Source: Dehalococcoidia bacterium (GTDB lineage Bacteria > Chloroflexota > Dehalococcoidia > Plut-88900). From it: a stretch of 64,000 nucleotides of DNA. The position numbers and the translations under genes were made by a program. Positions 43,227 to 52,127 of the stretch are shown piece by piece; positions within the stretch are counted from its first letter, which is position 1; each line of letters opens with the position of its first letter. The DNA is taken from assembly GCA_965207225.1 (NCBI GenBank), contig CBDBLV010000005.1, positions 704,001 to 768,000 on the forward strand, written 5' to 3'. The notes under the pieces are model-generated. The model saw nothing but the letters and a program-made list of their open reading frames with translations. It did not search any database and had not been told where the DNA came from.

Positions 43227-44333
43227 CTACGATACTCCCGAATGTACCCTCGCCACGCCTTCGGGCTCGCCTGCCATCGACCCGTTCGATTCGAAGGAGT
43301 CGGCGTAAAACTGCTTGCAGTATTGCCTGAAGGGTATGATCTCCCCATCGGAAAGACATAGGCGCGGCTGGGCCCGGTAGCGCTTACGGCTCCAGATGAC
43401 CACGTCTTGCATCACATCCCCGCGCTGAAATCCCGCAACGAATCTGTTGAATACCGGGGCCCGATATCTCACCGGCAAGAACCCCAGGCCCGCAAACCAC
43501 CGTTTCGGCTTCCTTATCTCCCTTGCCTGGGAGACCAGTGACAGGTCGATCAGCTTGCCGTCCACGGGCGTCGCCAGTATCCACAGGCGCGTATCCACCC
43601 CTATCGACTTCTCTCGGATCTCAACGTACGAATACCCGAGCCCGTATATCTGCGTATTTGCAGATACGTCCAGGGTGACCTCCCCGATCTTCGCCACCCT
43701 GCGCTTACTCCTGAAGTCAAACCGGCTCTCAAGGTAGTGTCTATCCACCAGGAGCTTTCCCACTCTCTTCACATTGCCGTATCCATGTATATAGCGGAGG
43801 TGCGCCAGGTCCACGGAGTTTTCCGTCGTATCCTGCGGATGGCCGGGAAACCGGATTGTCTGGATCTTGGTTCTGGTCCAGCCTGTCTGGTCGGGTTCCT
43901 CTTGTGGAAGGTCCCATTGCGGCCCCCGCCCCCCGATTCCCCACCACCCCAAAATCAGCCCCGCAATCTCTCGCGTCTCGAAAACCCTTAGTTTTGCTGT
44001 TTTCGGCGGCTCGGCGAAGGGGGTAGCAACGCACTGCCCGGCAGCATCAAATTCGAATCCGTGAAACGGGCATACCAGCCGACCCCCGCGCACGCACCCT
44101 CCGGCATCGCTGCCCAGGTACGATCCCAGGTGCGGGCAATACGCCTCGGCCACGCAAACCCGACCCTTATCGCCGCACCAGGCTACAATCTCCTCCCCCA
44201 TCCATGTCCCTTGGAGGAGCTTGGCCTTTTCTATAGCCTTTCGGCTCGCGATGAAATACCAACCCTCCGGGAAGGGAGAGGGGGGTTCGTCCAGCATTGG
44301 TGGCCTGTGTCGGGTCGTTGTCAACCTGCGCAC
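43227..44333 (-). CDS. Rieske non-heme iron oxygenase, Neverland/KshA family
   Basis: FPEGWY, YCPHLG..CPFHG, ENSVDLAHLRYIH, C-terminal D.VIW..K.Y...P.L...DG.I..FRQY.KQFY. Confidence 0.88.
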   Translation of the reverse strand: MRRLTTTRHRPPMLDEPPSPFPEGWYFIASRKAIEKAKLLQGTWMGEEIVAWCGDKGRVCVAEAYCPHLGSYLGSDAGGCVRGGRLVCPFHGFEFDAAGQCVATPFAEPPKTAKLRVFETREIAGLILGWWGIGGRGPQWDLPQEEPDQTGWTRTKIQTIRFPGHPQDTTENSVDLAHLRYIHGYGNVKRVGKLLVDRHYLESRFDFRSKRRVAKIGEVTLDVSANTQIYGLGYSYVEIREKSIGVDTRLWILATPVDGKLIDLSLVSQAREIRKPKRWFAGLGFLPVRYRAPVFNRFVAGFQRGDVMQDVVIWSRKRYRAQPRLCLSDGEIIPFRQYCKQFYADSFESNGSMAGEPEGVARVHSGVS

Positions 44334-44485
44334 CTTGCTTTTACGGTCGAGTTGGCCGTAGCTTTATCCGTCAAGGTTATGTCTTACCTTAGTTGTACTG
44401 TTTGGACAGCGCGAACTCTATCACGCCCAGTTTCAGGCGGGCAATCTCAGGCGCTTATTGGCGTATTCACCAGTGCAGGATCGCA

Positions 44486-45949
44486 TCATGCGAAACCGTA
44501 GGCTTCCTCCGTATCCTCAACGCGCATCAGCAGCGCCGGCAAAATGGAGAACAGCGCAAGGAAACCCGCTATCATGAACAGGTTCTGGAAGACTGTCACA
44601 CCGGCCTCTATCAGGGGTGCTTCCGTCTCCTCGAAGGTTTCACCCAGGGTCACATCCGCAGTGAGCGTGTAGAAACGCTCTATGCCCCACGCCGAAAGGG
44701 CTGCCAGCCCCAACGCCATACCGACCATCCGAGACGCTGTCACCAGCGACGCCGCCGCTCCCCAGTAGTCTCCCGGCGCCGCGCTAAGGGCGCTCACAGT
44801 GATCGGTGGGATTACCAGCCCGAACCCCAGGCCCGTGATTACCAGAGGCGCCGTAAGCCTGAGTTGCTCAACCTGTGTCTCCCAGCCACTCATGAACAGC
44901 AGGCCCGTGCCTATGAATGCCAGGCCGGTAATGCACACCGCGCGCACACCCGTCCACCGCAGGATGTAGCCTCCCACTATTGCTCCCACGGGTATTGCCG
45001 CCGTGAGCCGGAACAGGTGCAGGGCGCTCACCCAGGCCGGTTTCTCCATCACGGTAGCTGCCATCAACGGCACCGCTACCAGGGAGATTATCAGCGCCAC
45101 CCCCACCAGGAACTGGGTCGCATTGGAGGACAGGAAGGCCCGCGAGTTGTACAGAAATGAGGCCAGCAGAGGCTGGGCGGTACGCCTCTCCATCACGATC
45201 AGTATCCCCACCAAAACGACTCCCAGGGCGATCATGAAATACGGGACTATCGACTCCCCGGAAAAGATCGTCCTCTGGGAGAGCGCCAGGCTCAATGTGG
45301 TAAGAGCTCCTCCCAGGATCAGCGCCCCGAGGTAGTCCATTTTCGCCGATGGGTTGGCCCGGTTCTTCAGGATGGCCAATAATGCGATTAGAAAGAAGCT
45401 CTGCGGGATGTCCAGCCAGAATATCCACCTCCACCCGATCCACTCGATAATCCCACCACCATACAAAGGCCCCAGCACCGACCCCGCCTCCGCCGACGCC
45501 GCAACCAGCCCAAGGGCCACCCCTCTCTTCTGCGGCTCGACGGTCCCCACTGCCATCGCGAGCCCTATAGGAACCGTGGCCCCACCCCCCGCCGCCTGCA
45601 GCACCCTCGCCGTTACCACCCACGGAAAGTTCGGCGCCACCGCCACAAGCGCCGACCCTATGGAGAACAATACAAGTGCCGCCTGGAACATCCTCACCCG
45701 ACCATGAACGTCGGAAAGCCGCCCCGCTAGCGGCATTGCTACCGTATAGCTCACCAGGTATGCCGTTACAATCCAGGAGGCCGTGTCCAGGTCCGTAAGC
45801 GGGATCTCCAGGTCCACCATCACACTGGGCAGTGCGGCAACCACTACGGTCTGGTCAAGGGCGGTGGAGAATACCCCCAGGCAGAGGATCCCCAGGATGA
45901 CCGACTGCGAAGAACCAAGGGCCATCAGGCCCGACCTGGCTGACTTCAC
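44486..45949 (-). CDS. 14-TM MFS transporter, P55 (Rv1410c)-like
   Basis: ALDQTVV, WIVTAYL..Y...MPL.GR.SD..GR, RMVGM..G.AALSAWG..RF as recalled for mycobacterial P55. Confidence 0.88.
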   Translation of the reverse strand: MKSARSGLMALGSSQSVILGILCLGVFSTALDQTVVVAALPSVMVDLEIPLTDLDTASWIVTAYLVSYTVAMPLAGRLSDVHGRVRMFQAALVLFSIGSALVAVAPNFPWVVTARVLQAAGGGATVPIGLAMAVGTVEPQKRGVALGLVAASAEAGSVLGPLYGGGIIEWIGWRWIFWLDIPQSFFLIALLAILKNRANPSAKMDYLGALILGGALTTLSLALSQRTIFSGESIVPYFMIALGVVLVGILIVMERRTAQPLLASFLYNSRAFLSSNATQFLVGVALIISLVAVPLMAATVMEKPAWVSALHLFRLTAAIPVGAIVGGYILRWTGVRAVCITGLAFIGTGLLFMSGWETQVEQLRLTAPLVITGLGFGLVIPPITVSALSAAPGDYWGAAASLVTASRMVGMALGLAALSAWGIERFYTLTADVTLGETFEETEAPLIEAGVTVFQNLFMIAGFLALFSILPALLMRVEDTEEAYGFA

Positions 45950-46722
45950 GGCTGCGAAGCTGTCTCCGGGACCTGGATTTCCACCGGCAGGTTGATATCG
46001 CGTATCTTGATCAGGCGGCTTGTTTCGGGGGCGTCGTCCGCGAAGATTTTTCCCAGGATTTGGAATTGTGTGATCGCGTGGTCGGCCTCGCTGAACCAGA
46101 AGCCCAGCCTGAGCTCGTGTCCCGGGTCAACGGAGGTAATCAGTTCCCCCAGGTCCTCTGATAAGGCGTCTCCTTGTACCCGGATGCTCTCTACCCCGCC
46201 AATCGACTCCCTTCCAGTGATCTGCGTGTTCTCCATCGCGGGCAATACTCGGGCCAGGATGGCGCCTATCCCCCCAAAATTGAAGGGCACTTGTTCCAGC
46301 GGAAGAGGTAGCCACGGCGCATCGGCCGAGAATTTGATGAATGAGTCCTCGCCTACCGCCGTCATCTCGATCACAACGAATCCGAAACTGGGATTCTCCA
46401 CGTTCACGTACATCTTGAAGCCGTCCGGCGACTTCACCTCCCCCTCCACGCTCTTCAGGGTCATCCCGAAGAACTCCTGCCCCGACTCCTTCTCATCCAC
46501 CATCTCAAACTTCACCGTTGAAATCGCTGTCAGTTTCTCCTCAGCGCTGGAGACCAGTTCATCAAGGGTGATCTCGGGCATCGGTGTTGCTGTTGGCTCA
46601 ACAGTGGCGGGGGCCTCCGCTTCGGGCTCGGCCCCCGACCCGCACGCCGCCCCCAAAACCAGCAGACCTATCAAGAGAATAGTGACGGCAACCCTTGAAC
46701 GTACAGCCTCGGACAACTTCAT
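45946..46722 (-). CDS. LppX/LprAFG (LprG)-like lipoprotein
   Basis: Signal peptide with lipobox GAAC; beta-rich body, GRESIGGVES, C-terminal INLPVEIQVP; 4-nt overlap with the P55-like MFS. Confidence 0.8.
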   Translation of the reverse strand: MKLSEAVRSRVAVTILLIGLLVLGAACGSGAEPEAEAPATVEPTATPMPEITLDELVSSAEEKLTAISTVKFEMVDEKESGQEFFGMTLKSVEGEVKSPDGFKMYVNVENPSFGFVVIEMTAVGEDSFIKFSADAPWLPLPLEQVPFNFGGIGAILARVLPAMENTQITGRESIGGVESIRVQGDALSEDLGELITSVDPGHELRLGFWFSEADHAITQFQILGKIFADDAPETSRLIKIRDINLPVEIQVPETASQP

Positions 46723-47057
46723 CTGCTGGTCTCCATATAGATTAGCCTTGTAACCACACTAAGGTGCCGTTTCGTAGGTAAAAGGAGGGCGATATCTTTC
46801 AGCGGGATTCGCTGTACCTCCACCCCACCCCCGGGGACATGCCAACCCCACGGCTTTATTGCAGCTTCCACAGCCGCTAAGCGCGTTGGAGATGCCGTTG
46901 TTTGCCGCTTGTCGGTATGCAAAACAGCGTGATTCGTATTCAACGAGAAGCGCAAGCAGACCGGACCACCGCCGAAACAGTATCCAGAACCTGCTTTCTT
47001 GTCAAACTGCCCCGTCGCCTGCCTATCCTTCAGGCATCGTTTCCTGATCTTATCCTG

Positions 47058-47591
47058 CTATTGGGTTTCCTTCGTAATAGCCAAGTCTTCGTTGGATCCG
47101 AAGATGAAACCACCCAGAAAAGGCTCGAAAATACTACGGTATTCCTGGATCTGAGATTCGATGTCCAGCCCTTCTTTATCTTGCACTTCTACTTCAAGAA
47201 CCTGTCCCACGCCATCTACATCATCGAGATTGAAGATGACATTATCTTTGTGCCACAGTTCTCTACGCTTACGCACAATAGCTCGGATTCCCAACGCCGC
47301 TTTCAGAACATCAGACAGTCGAGAGTCGTTGACATTCCACATCTGAAAAGTGCTCGTTCTGGCCCCTTCTTCTTGTCGGTCACAATAGTGGATCAGATGT
47401 CGGCTCCCTTTTTCAGCGCGTAGCTTGAGACGTCGAACCCCTGCCCCATCTTCATGAACTGGTAGGTGATAGAAGTAGTCCACCTGCTCTTTAGTCTCTA
47501 TAAACAGCGCTCCGGACTCCTGGAGAATCCTTCGCACCGGTGCAAAGTCGGGACAATACGCCTTTATTTCTCGATTTGTTCTTGGGGCCAT
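47058..47591 (-). CDS. CYTH-domain (class IV adenylate cyclase-like) protein (start moved to 47591)
   Basis: N.EIKA, QVDYFY, RLKLR, VRKRRELW, LDDVDGVG..LEVEV. Confidence 0.88.
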   Translation of the reverse strand: MAPRTNREIKAYCPDFAPVRRILQESGALFIETKEQVDYFYHLPVHEDGAGVRRLKLRAEKGSRHLIHYCDRQEEGARTSTFQMWNVNDSRLSDVLKAALGIRAIVRKRRELWHKDNVIFNLDDVDGVGQVLEVEVQDKEGLDIESQIQEYRSIFEPFLGGFIFGSNEDLAITKETQ

Positions 47592-47780
47592 GACGCCTTT
47601 TAGTGGATGGTAGATTCTGTGCCATTCTACTCCACTACTTATTGCATACACCGTGTCATCCCAATGCCCCACTAAAGATCTGGGGCGAGGCCTTATCCCC
47701 TTCCCCAATTGCATATCCCCACCATCGGGACTAGACTCATTTCACCATCCAATCCTCCCACGGAAGGCGGATAATCAGCC

Positions 47781-48845
47781 ATGCAGATTCCCTTCGGAGT
47801 CATCGACGCGGACGGCCACATTATTGAAGACCAGGCCAGAATCCGGGACTATATGCCCGAGCCCTACAACGGCTTCCTCATGGACAACCTCCCCGACACC
47901 CAGGGCCGAGTGGGCCATGGCAGCGCCATCACCAACCGCGCTTTCTCCGACTCCACCCTCGGGGGCAGGATGGGCGGTCTGGGCCCAGCCGGCTACCCCT
48001 TCCCCAATGACTGGCTCGACGCCCTGGGCTGGGGCGGCATGGAAATGACCTTCCTTTTCCCCACCGTACTCCTCACTTACGGCACCATCTGGGACCCCGA
48101 CTACCTCAAGGCTCTGACCTACGCCTACAACTGCTGGGTGGCCGACGAATGGCTCAGCGTTAGCCCCAGGCTCAAGGCCGTCTCCCTCGTTCCTCTAACC
48201 GATGTCCAGGCTGGAATCAAGGAGATGCGACGCACTGTCACCGAGTCGGGCTTCTCCGGTGTTATGCTTCCGGCCGTTGGGTTCGGCGGATACGGAGAAA
48301 GCCGCCTCGATCCGTTCTACGAAGAAGCCCAGGCCCTCGGTTGCCTCCTAGCCGTCCACGGCGGCACCTCCGAGTACATGAAGTACACCAAGTTCATCCA
48401 GCGCCACACCACCGCCTTCCCCATCTCCAACATGCTCCAGACCGTCCACATGGTCTACGGTGGCGTCTTCGAAAGGTTCCCGACCCTCAAGGTCGGCTAT
48501 CTCGAAACCGGCTGCACTTGGGTCCCCTTCTTCCTCGACAGGATGGATGAGGAATGGGAAAAACGCGGCTGGCTCGAAACCCCTGACTGCAAGCGCAAAC
48601 CCAGTGAATACCTCAAGAGCGACAGGGTCTGGTACCACGCCGAGCCCAGCGAGTCCCTAGTTCCCCAGGTCGTCGACATCCTCGGCGAAGACACCCTCTT
48701 CTACGCCTCAGACTGGCCCCACTGGGACAACGAATACCCCGAAAGCGTCGAACACTTCTGGACCCGGGAAGACCTCTCAAAAGACGTCAAGCGCAAGATC
48801 CTCCGTGACAACTCCCTAGCCATGTACGGCGTAAACGGCGCCTAG
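47781..48845 (+). CDS. Amidohydrolase_2 family metal-dependent hydrolase/decarboxylase
   Basis: IDADGH, AYNCW, AVH, GGVFERFP.LK..LETG..W, YASDWPH. Confidence 0.9.
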   Translation: MQIPFGVIDADGHIIEDQARIRDYMPEPYNGFLMDNLPDTQGRVGHGSAITNRAFSDSTLGGRMGGLGPAGYPFPNDWLDALGWGGMEMTFLFPTVLLTYGTIWDPDYLKALTYAYNCWVADEWLSVSPRLKAVSLVPLTDVQAGIKEMRRTVTESGFSGVMLPAVGFGGYGESRLDPFYEEAQALGCLLAVHGGTSEYMKYTKFIQRHTTAFPISNMLQTVHMVYGGVFERFPTLKVGYLETGCTWVPFFLDRMDEEWEKRGWLETPDCKRKPSEYLKSDRVWYHAEPSESLVPQVVDILGEDTLFYASDWPHWDNEYPESVEHFWTREDLSKDVKRKILRDNSLAMYGVNGA

Positions 48846-48886
48846 TCCATCTCAAGGGGGAGGGGCATTCCGCTCGCCTGCCTCTG

Positions 48887-48935
48887 GCGGGAGCGGGAGT
48901 CGAAGCCTGTCCTGAGGCTCTCGAAGGGGGTCTCA
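48887..48935. repeat. REP-like element between convergent genes
   Basis: GCCTGTCCTGAG..TCGAAGG core resembles common extragenic repeats. Confidence 0.35.
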
Positions 48936-49044
48936 AGAGCGGAATGGGAGGGGTGCTGAGACACCAGGCTGGGTTAGGCAAAAGCCCCTTGCCGAGAGAA
49001 GGCTAGCCCCTACATCTGGTCTTCCAAGAGGCTGGGAGTTCCAA

Positions 49045-50145
49045 CTACCCTAACTTCTCCAGTACCCACTGGTTGAACTTGTAAGGCAGGTGTTCCTGCT
49101 CGGAGTACACCCCCTGCCTATGTGCCCGAGACCTGATCGCCGACTGCACCTGTTCGCAGATGTCGTAGTCCTGCTTCAGCACTCGGTCCAGGAACCCCAC
49201 TGTATCGCTCGGATCAAACCCCGACGCCTCCACTACTGACTCCTCGAAAAGCCAGTCCACAGTTAGCCGGCTGGTGGTCGCGGTCACGGGCCACTTGTAG
49301 AACACGAATACCTGGTCCGGCAGTAATCCAAAGAATACGTTGGGGTAAATCGTCAGGCTCCGAAACTTGGCCCTATCCTCTTCGGAGAGAGTGCTGAGCA
49401 TCGGCCGGGCCCCGAATCCCGTGTCTGAGTATGTCGTCGCCCCTTCGATGAGTGGCGCTCCGTCCCGAGCCTCTTGCCCTATGACGCCGCTCCTGAATGT
49501 GGGGTGTATCTCGCACAGCTCCGGGTGCACGCCCGGGCAGTGGTAGCACTCAACGTTGTTCTCCAGCACCAGCTTCCAGTTTGCCTGGATCTCGTAGACG
49601 TTCCTATGCCCGATTCTCAAATTTGCCAGGTTGTACTTGGGCAATTTGTCCTCCAGCACTCCCAGATCCGGTTCGAAGGGCTCGGGGTTCTCAGACATAT
49701 TCAGGAATATGAATCCCTCCCACAGCGCGATTGAAACCGGGTAAAGGGATAACGGGTCCCCGTTGAGTGATGGTGGAGCAGCCAGGTTCGGCGTGGCTGC
49801 CAGTTTGCCGTCCAGGTTGTAAGTCCAACCGTGATAGCCACACGAGAAGGCGCTCCCCCTCGCCCGACCCCCCTCATCCGAACACAACCGGTTCCCACGG
49901 TGTCGGCACACGTTATAGAACGCCTTGACCTCCCCCGACTTTGTCCTCACCACTATCACGCCCTGATCCCCGATCTCCCGGACTATGTAGTCGCTGGCAT
50001 TGGAGACCTCCTCCACCCGTCCCACACCCACCCACGAGTCGTAGAATATGCGCTCCTTTTCCTGCTCGAAGATCTCCGGGTCGTAGTAGTAGGCACTCGG
50101 GAGAGTACGGTTCAAACCCGACGTTCCAGTGAGTTCTGCCACCAT
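49045..50145 (-). CDS. Rieske oxygenase alpha subunit, glycine-betaine/stachydrine demethylase-like
   Basis: NVCRHRG..CGYHGWTY, ANWK..LEN..ECYHC..VHP, QD..ICE.VQ. Confidence 0.88.
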   Translation of the reverse strand: MVAELTGTSGLNRTLPSAYYYDPEIFEQEKERIFYDSWVGVGRVEEVSNASDYIVREIGDQGVIVVRTKSGEVKAFYNVCRHRGNRLCSDEGGRARGSAFSCGYHGWTYNLDGKLAATPNLAAPPSLNGDPLSLYPVSIALWEGFIFLNMSENPEPFEPDLGVLEDKLPKYNLANLRIGHRNVYEIQANWKLVLENNVECYHCPGVHPELCEIHPTFRSGVIGQEARDGAPLIEGATTYSDTGFGARPMLSTLSEEDRAKFRSLTIYPNVFFGLLPDQVFVFYKWPVTATTSRLTVDWLFEESVVEASGFDPSDTVGFLDRVLKQDYDICEQVQSAIRSRAHRQGVYSEQEHLPYKFNQWVLEKLG

Positions 50146-50390
50146 GGCGCTGCTCCTGTCTCCAATAGAGCCGGTGCTGCTCGGAAACCGTCCGATTTAC
50201 TCGTCTATACAGAAGCACCCAAGCATTTCAACCTGAACCTGTTCAAGGTTCTGAAAGGGGCTTGGGTGCCTCAATGCGCCTTGTTTAGCTTGCCTGCTAG
50301 TTGTACAGCTAAGATCCCTGTATTCGGGTGGTTACTCCATTGTGCAATACGAACCGACCCCAGGTTTCGGGCAGGTCTCGGGAGCCTCCC

Positions 50391-50618
50391 CTACTCACCC
50401 CAAGGGTTGGGCAAGCCTCTCAGGAGAAACGTACCGACCAGTCCAATCGCCCCGACTAGGACGAGGAAGAAAGCTAGCTCGTTACCGATGCCCGGGTTGC
50501 CAGCCAACAGATTGCCGTTGTCCGGATCGGAATCTACCAGGTATCCGCCGAATGATATAACTGCTCCGGCTATTATCATAATGGCGAACAGCCCCAAAAG
50601 CGCCTGTGAAATTGACAT
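50391..50618 (-). CDS. Small two-TM membrane protein
   Basis: 75 aa with two hydrophobic helices; SD GGGAG; co-oriented with neighbours. Confidence 0.6.
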   Translation of the reverse strand: MSISQALLGLFAIMIIAGAVISFGGYLVDSDPDNGNLLAGNPGIGNELAFFLVLVGAIGLVGTFLLRGLPNPWGE

Positions 50619-50701
50619 CCCGGTTACTCCCCCTGTCTGTTGTGGGAGTTATGGTAAGGCCGACAGACACGGGTGTCAATTCCTCTACGAAAGTGCTCTT
50701 G

Positions 50702-52111
50702 CTATTTGGCAACCGCCGGCCAACGCCTGTCCATCTGGCACCCTTCCAGTGCCTTTGCAATCCTGAGCAGCATGTGCTCCTCGAAGTGTCGCGCCACAAG
50801 CTGTACACCTATCGGCATACCCTCGTTGCTCCAGCCGAATGGCACATTCATCGCCGGAGACCCCGTCAGGTCCCAGGGCACCGTCGCTCGAAGGCTGTGC
50901 CTTGCCCCCATCGTCCTCCCCCCGATCACAAACTCCTCCCGACCTGCCTCGTACGCCGGCATTGGCGCCGTCGGGCACAGGAACAGGTCATACCGCGAGA
51001 AGTATTCCCCTACCTCCCACTTGAGCGACTCCCAGTTAAAGATGGCCTCCAGGTATTCGTCCATCGTCTTGTCGGGTGAGTCGATGTAACGCTTGCGCAG
51101 CAGCGGCGTGAGTTCGCCCTCCCGCCCCCCGACTATGGACATCAAAAGTGGCTTAGCCTCAACCGGGTAGACCACCGACGAGATAACCTGCGCATCATTA
51201 TCCCCCAGCCCCGGGATCTCCACCTGCTCCACATCCAGCCCCAGCCCTGACAGCGCATCCGCCGCATCAGCTACCACCTTCTGAACTTGCTCCTCCACCG
51301 CCGTACCGCCCGTCGAGCTCCAGCCGATCCGCAGCTTGGGCAAAGGGCGATCCAGGTCTGTATAGTCGGGCACCGGTACTGGCGGTGCGTATATGTCCTC
51401 GCCGTCCGGTCCTGCCATAATGCCAAGCTCAAGGGCCACGTCTTGCACGTTTCGCGCCATAGGCCCGACGTGTATCGCTCGGAACAGCGTCTGAGGCACG
51501 ACCCGCGTATACGGCACCCGACCCAGCGTCGGCTTCAGCCCGGCTAGCCCGCAGAAGCTCGAAGGCTGCCGGATCGACCCCCCCAGGTCCGTCCCCACAC
51601 CCAGCGGCGACATACCCGTCGCCAGCGCAGCCCCCTCCCCGCCGCTCGAGCCCCCCGGCGTATACCCGATCTTCCACGGGTTATGCGTCGCCCCGAACAG
51701 CAGGTTGTTCGTCTCCCACCAGAGCGCAAATTCCGGCAGATTGGTCTTTCCAAGCAGGATGCCCCCCGCCCCCTTCAGCCTCCTGTACACCGTCGAATCC
51801 TCTGTCGATATGTTGTCCGCCAGGATCTTGGAACCTTGAGTTGTCCTCAGCCCGGCCACCTCCACGCAGTCCTTCAGCGTGAATGGCACCCCGTGAATGG
51901 CTCCCAACTCTTCTCTCCGCGCTATCGCAGCGTCGGCTTCCCTGGCCTTCTCCAGGGGGTCGGGCGCAAAGGTGACGATAGCGTTGAGTGTCGGGTTCAG
52001 CCTCTCAATACGGTCGAGGTGTGCCTGCACCACCTCCTGCGACGAGAACTTCTTGCTCCGTATTCCTTCCGCCAGCTCCGTTCCCGAAAGCCAGCAAATC
52101 TCCTGTTCCAT
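50702..52111 (-). CDS. Amidase-signature family hydrolase (start moved to 52111)
   Basis: GVPFTLKD, GKTNLPEF, GGSSGG, GTDLGGSIR; SD GAGGAG. Confidence 0.93.
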   Translation of the reverse strand: MEQEICWLSGTELAEGIRSKKFSSQEVVQAHLDRIERLNPTLNAIVTFAPDPLEKAREADAAIARREELGAIHGVPFTLKDCVEVAGLRTTQGSKILADNISTEDSTVYRRLKGAGGILLGKTNLPEFALWWETNNLLFGATHNPWKIGYTPGGSSGGEGAALATGMSPLGVGTDLGGSIRQPSSFCGLAGLKPTLGRVPYTRVVPQTLFRAIHVGPMARNVQDVALELGIMAGPDGEDIYAPPVPVPDYTDLDRPLPKLRIGWSSTGGTAVEEQVQKVVADAADALSGLGLDVEQVEIPGLGDNDAQVISSVVYPVEAKPLLMSIVGGREGELTPLLRKRYIDSPDKTMDEYLEAIFNWESLKWEVGEYFSRYDLFLCPTAPMPAYEAGREEFVIGGRTMGARHSLRATVPWDLTGSPAMNVPFGWSNEGMPIGVQLVARHFEEHMLLRIAKALEGCQMDRRWPAVAK

Positions 52112-52127
52112 CTCCAAAACTCCTCTG

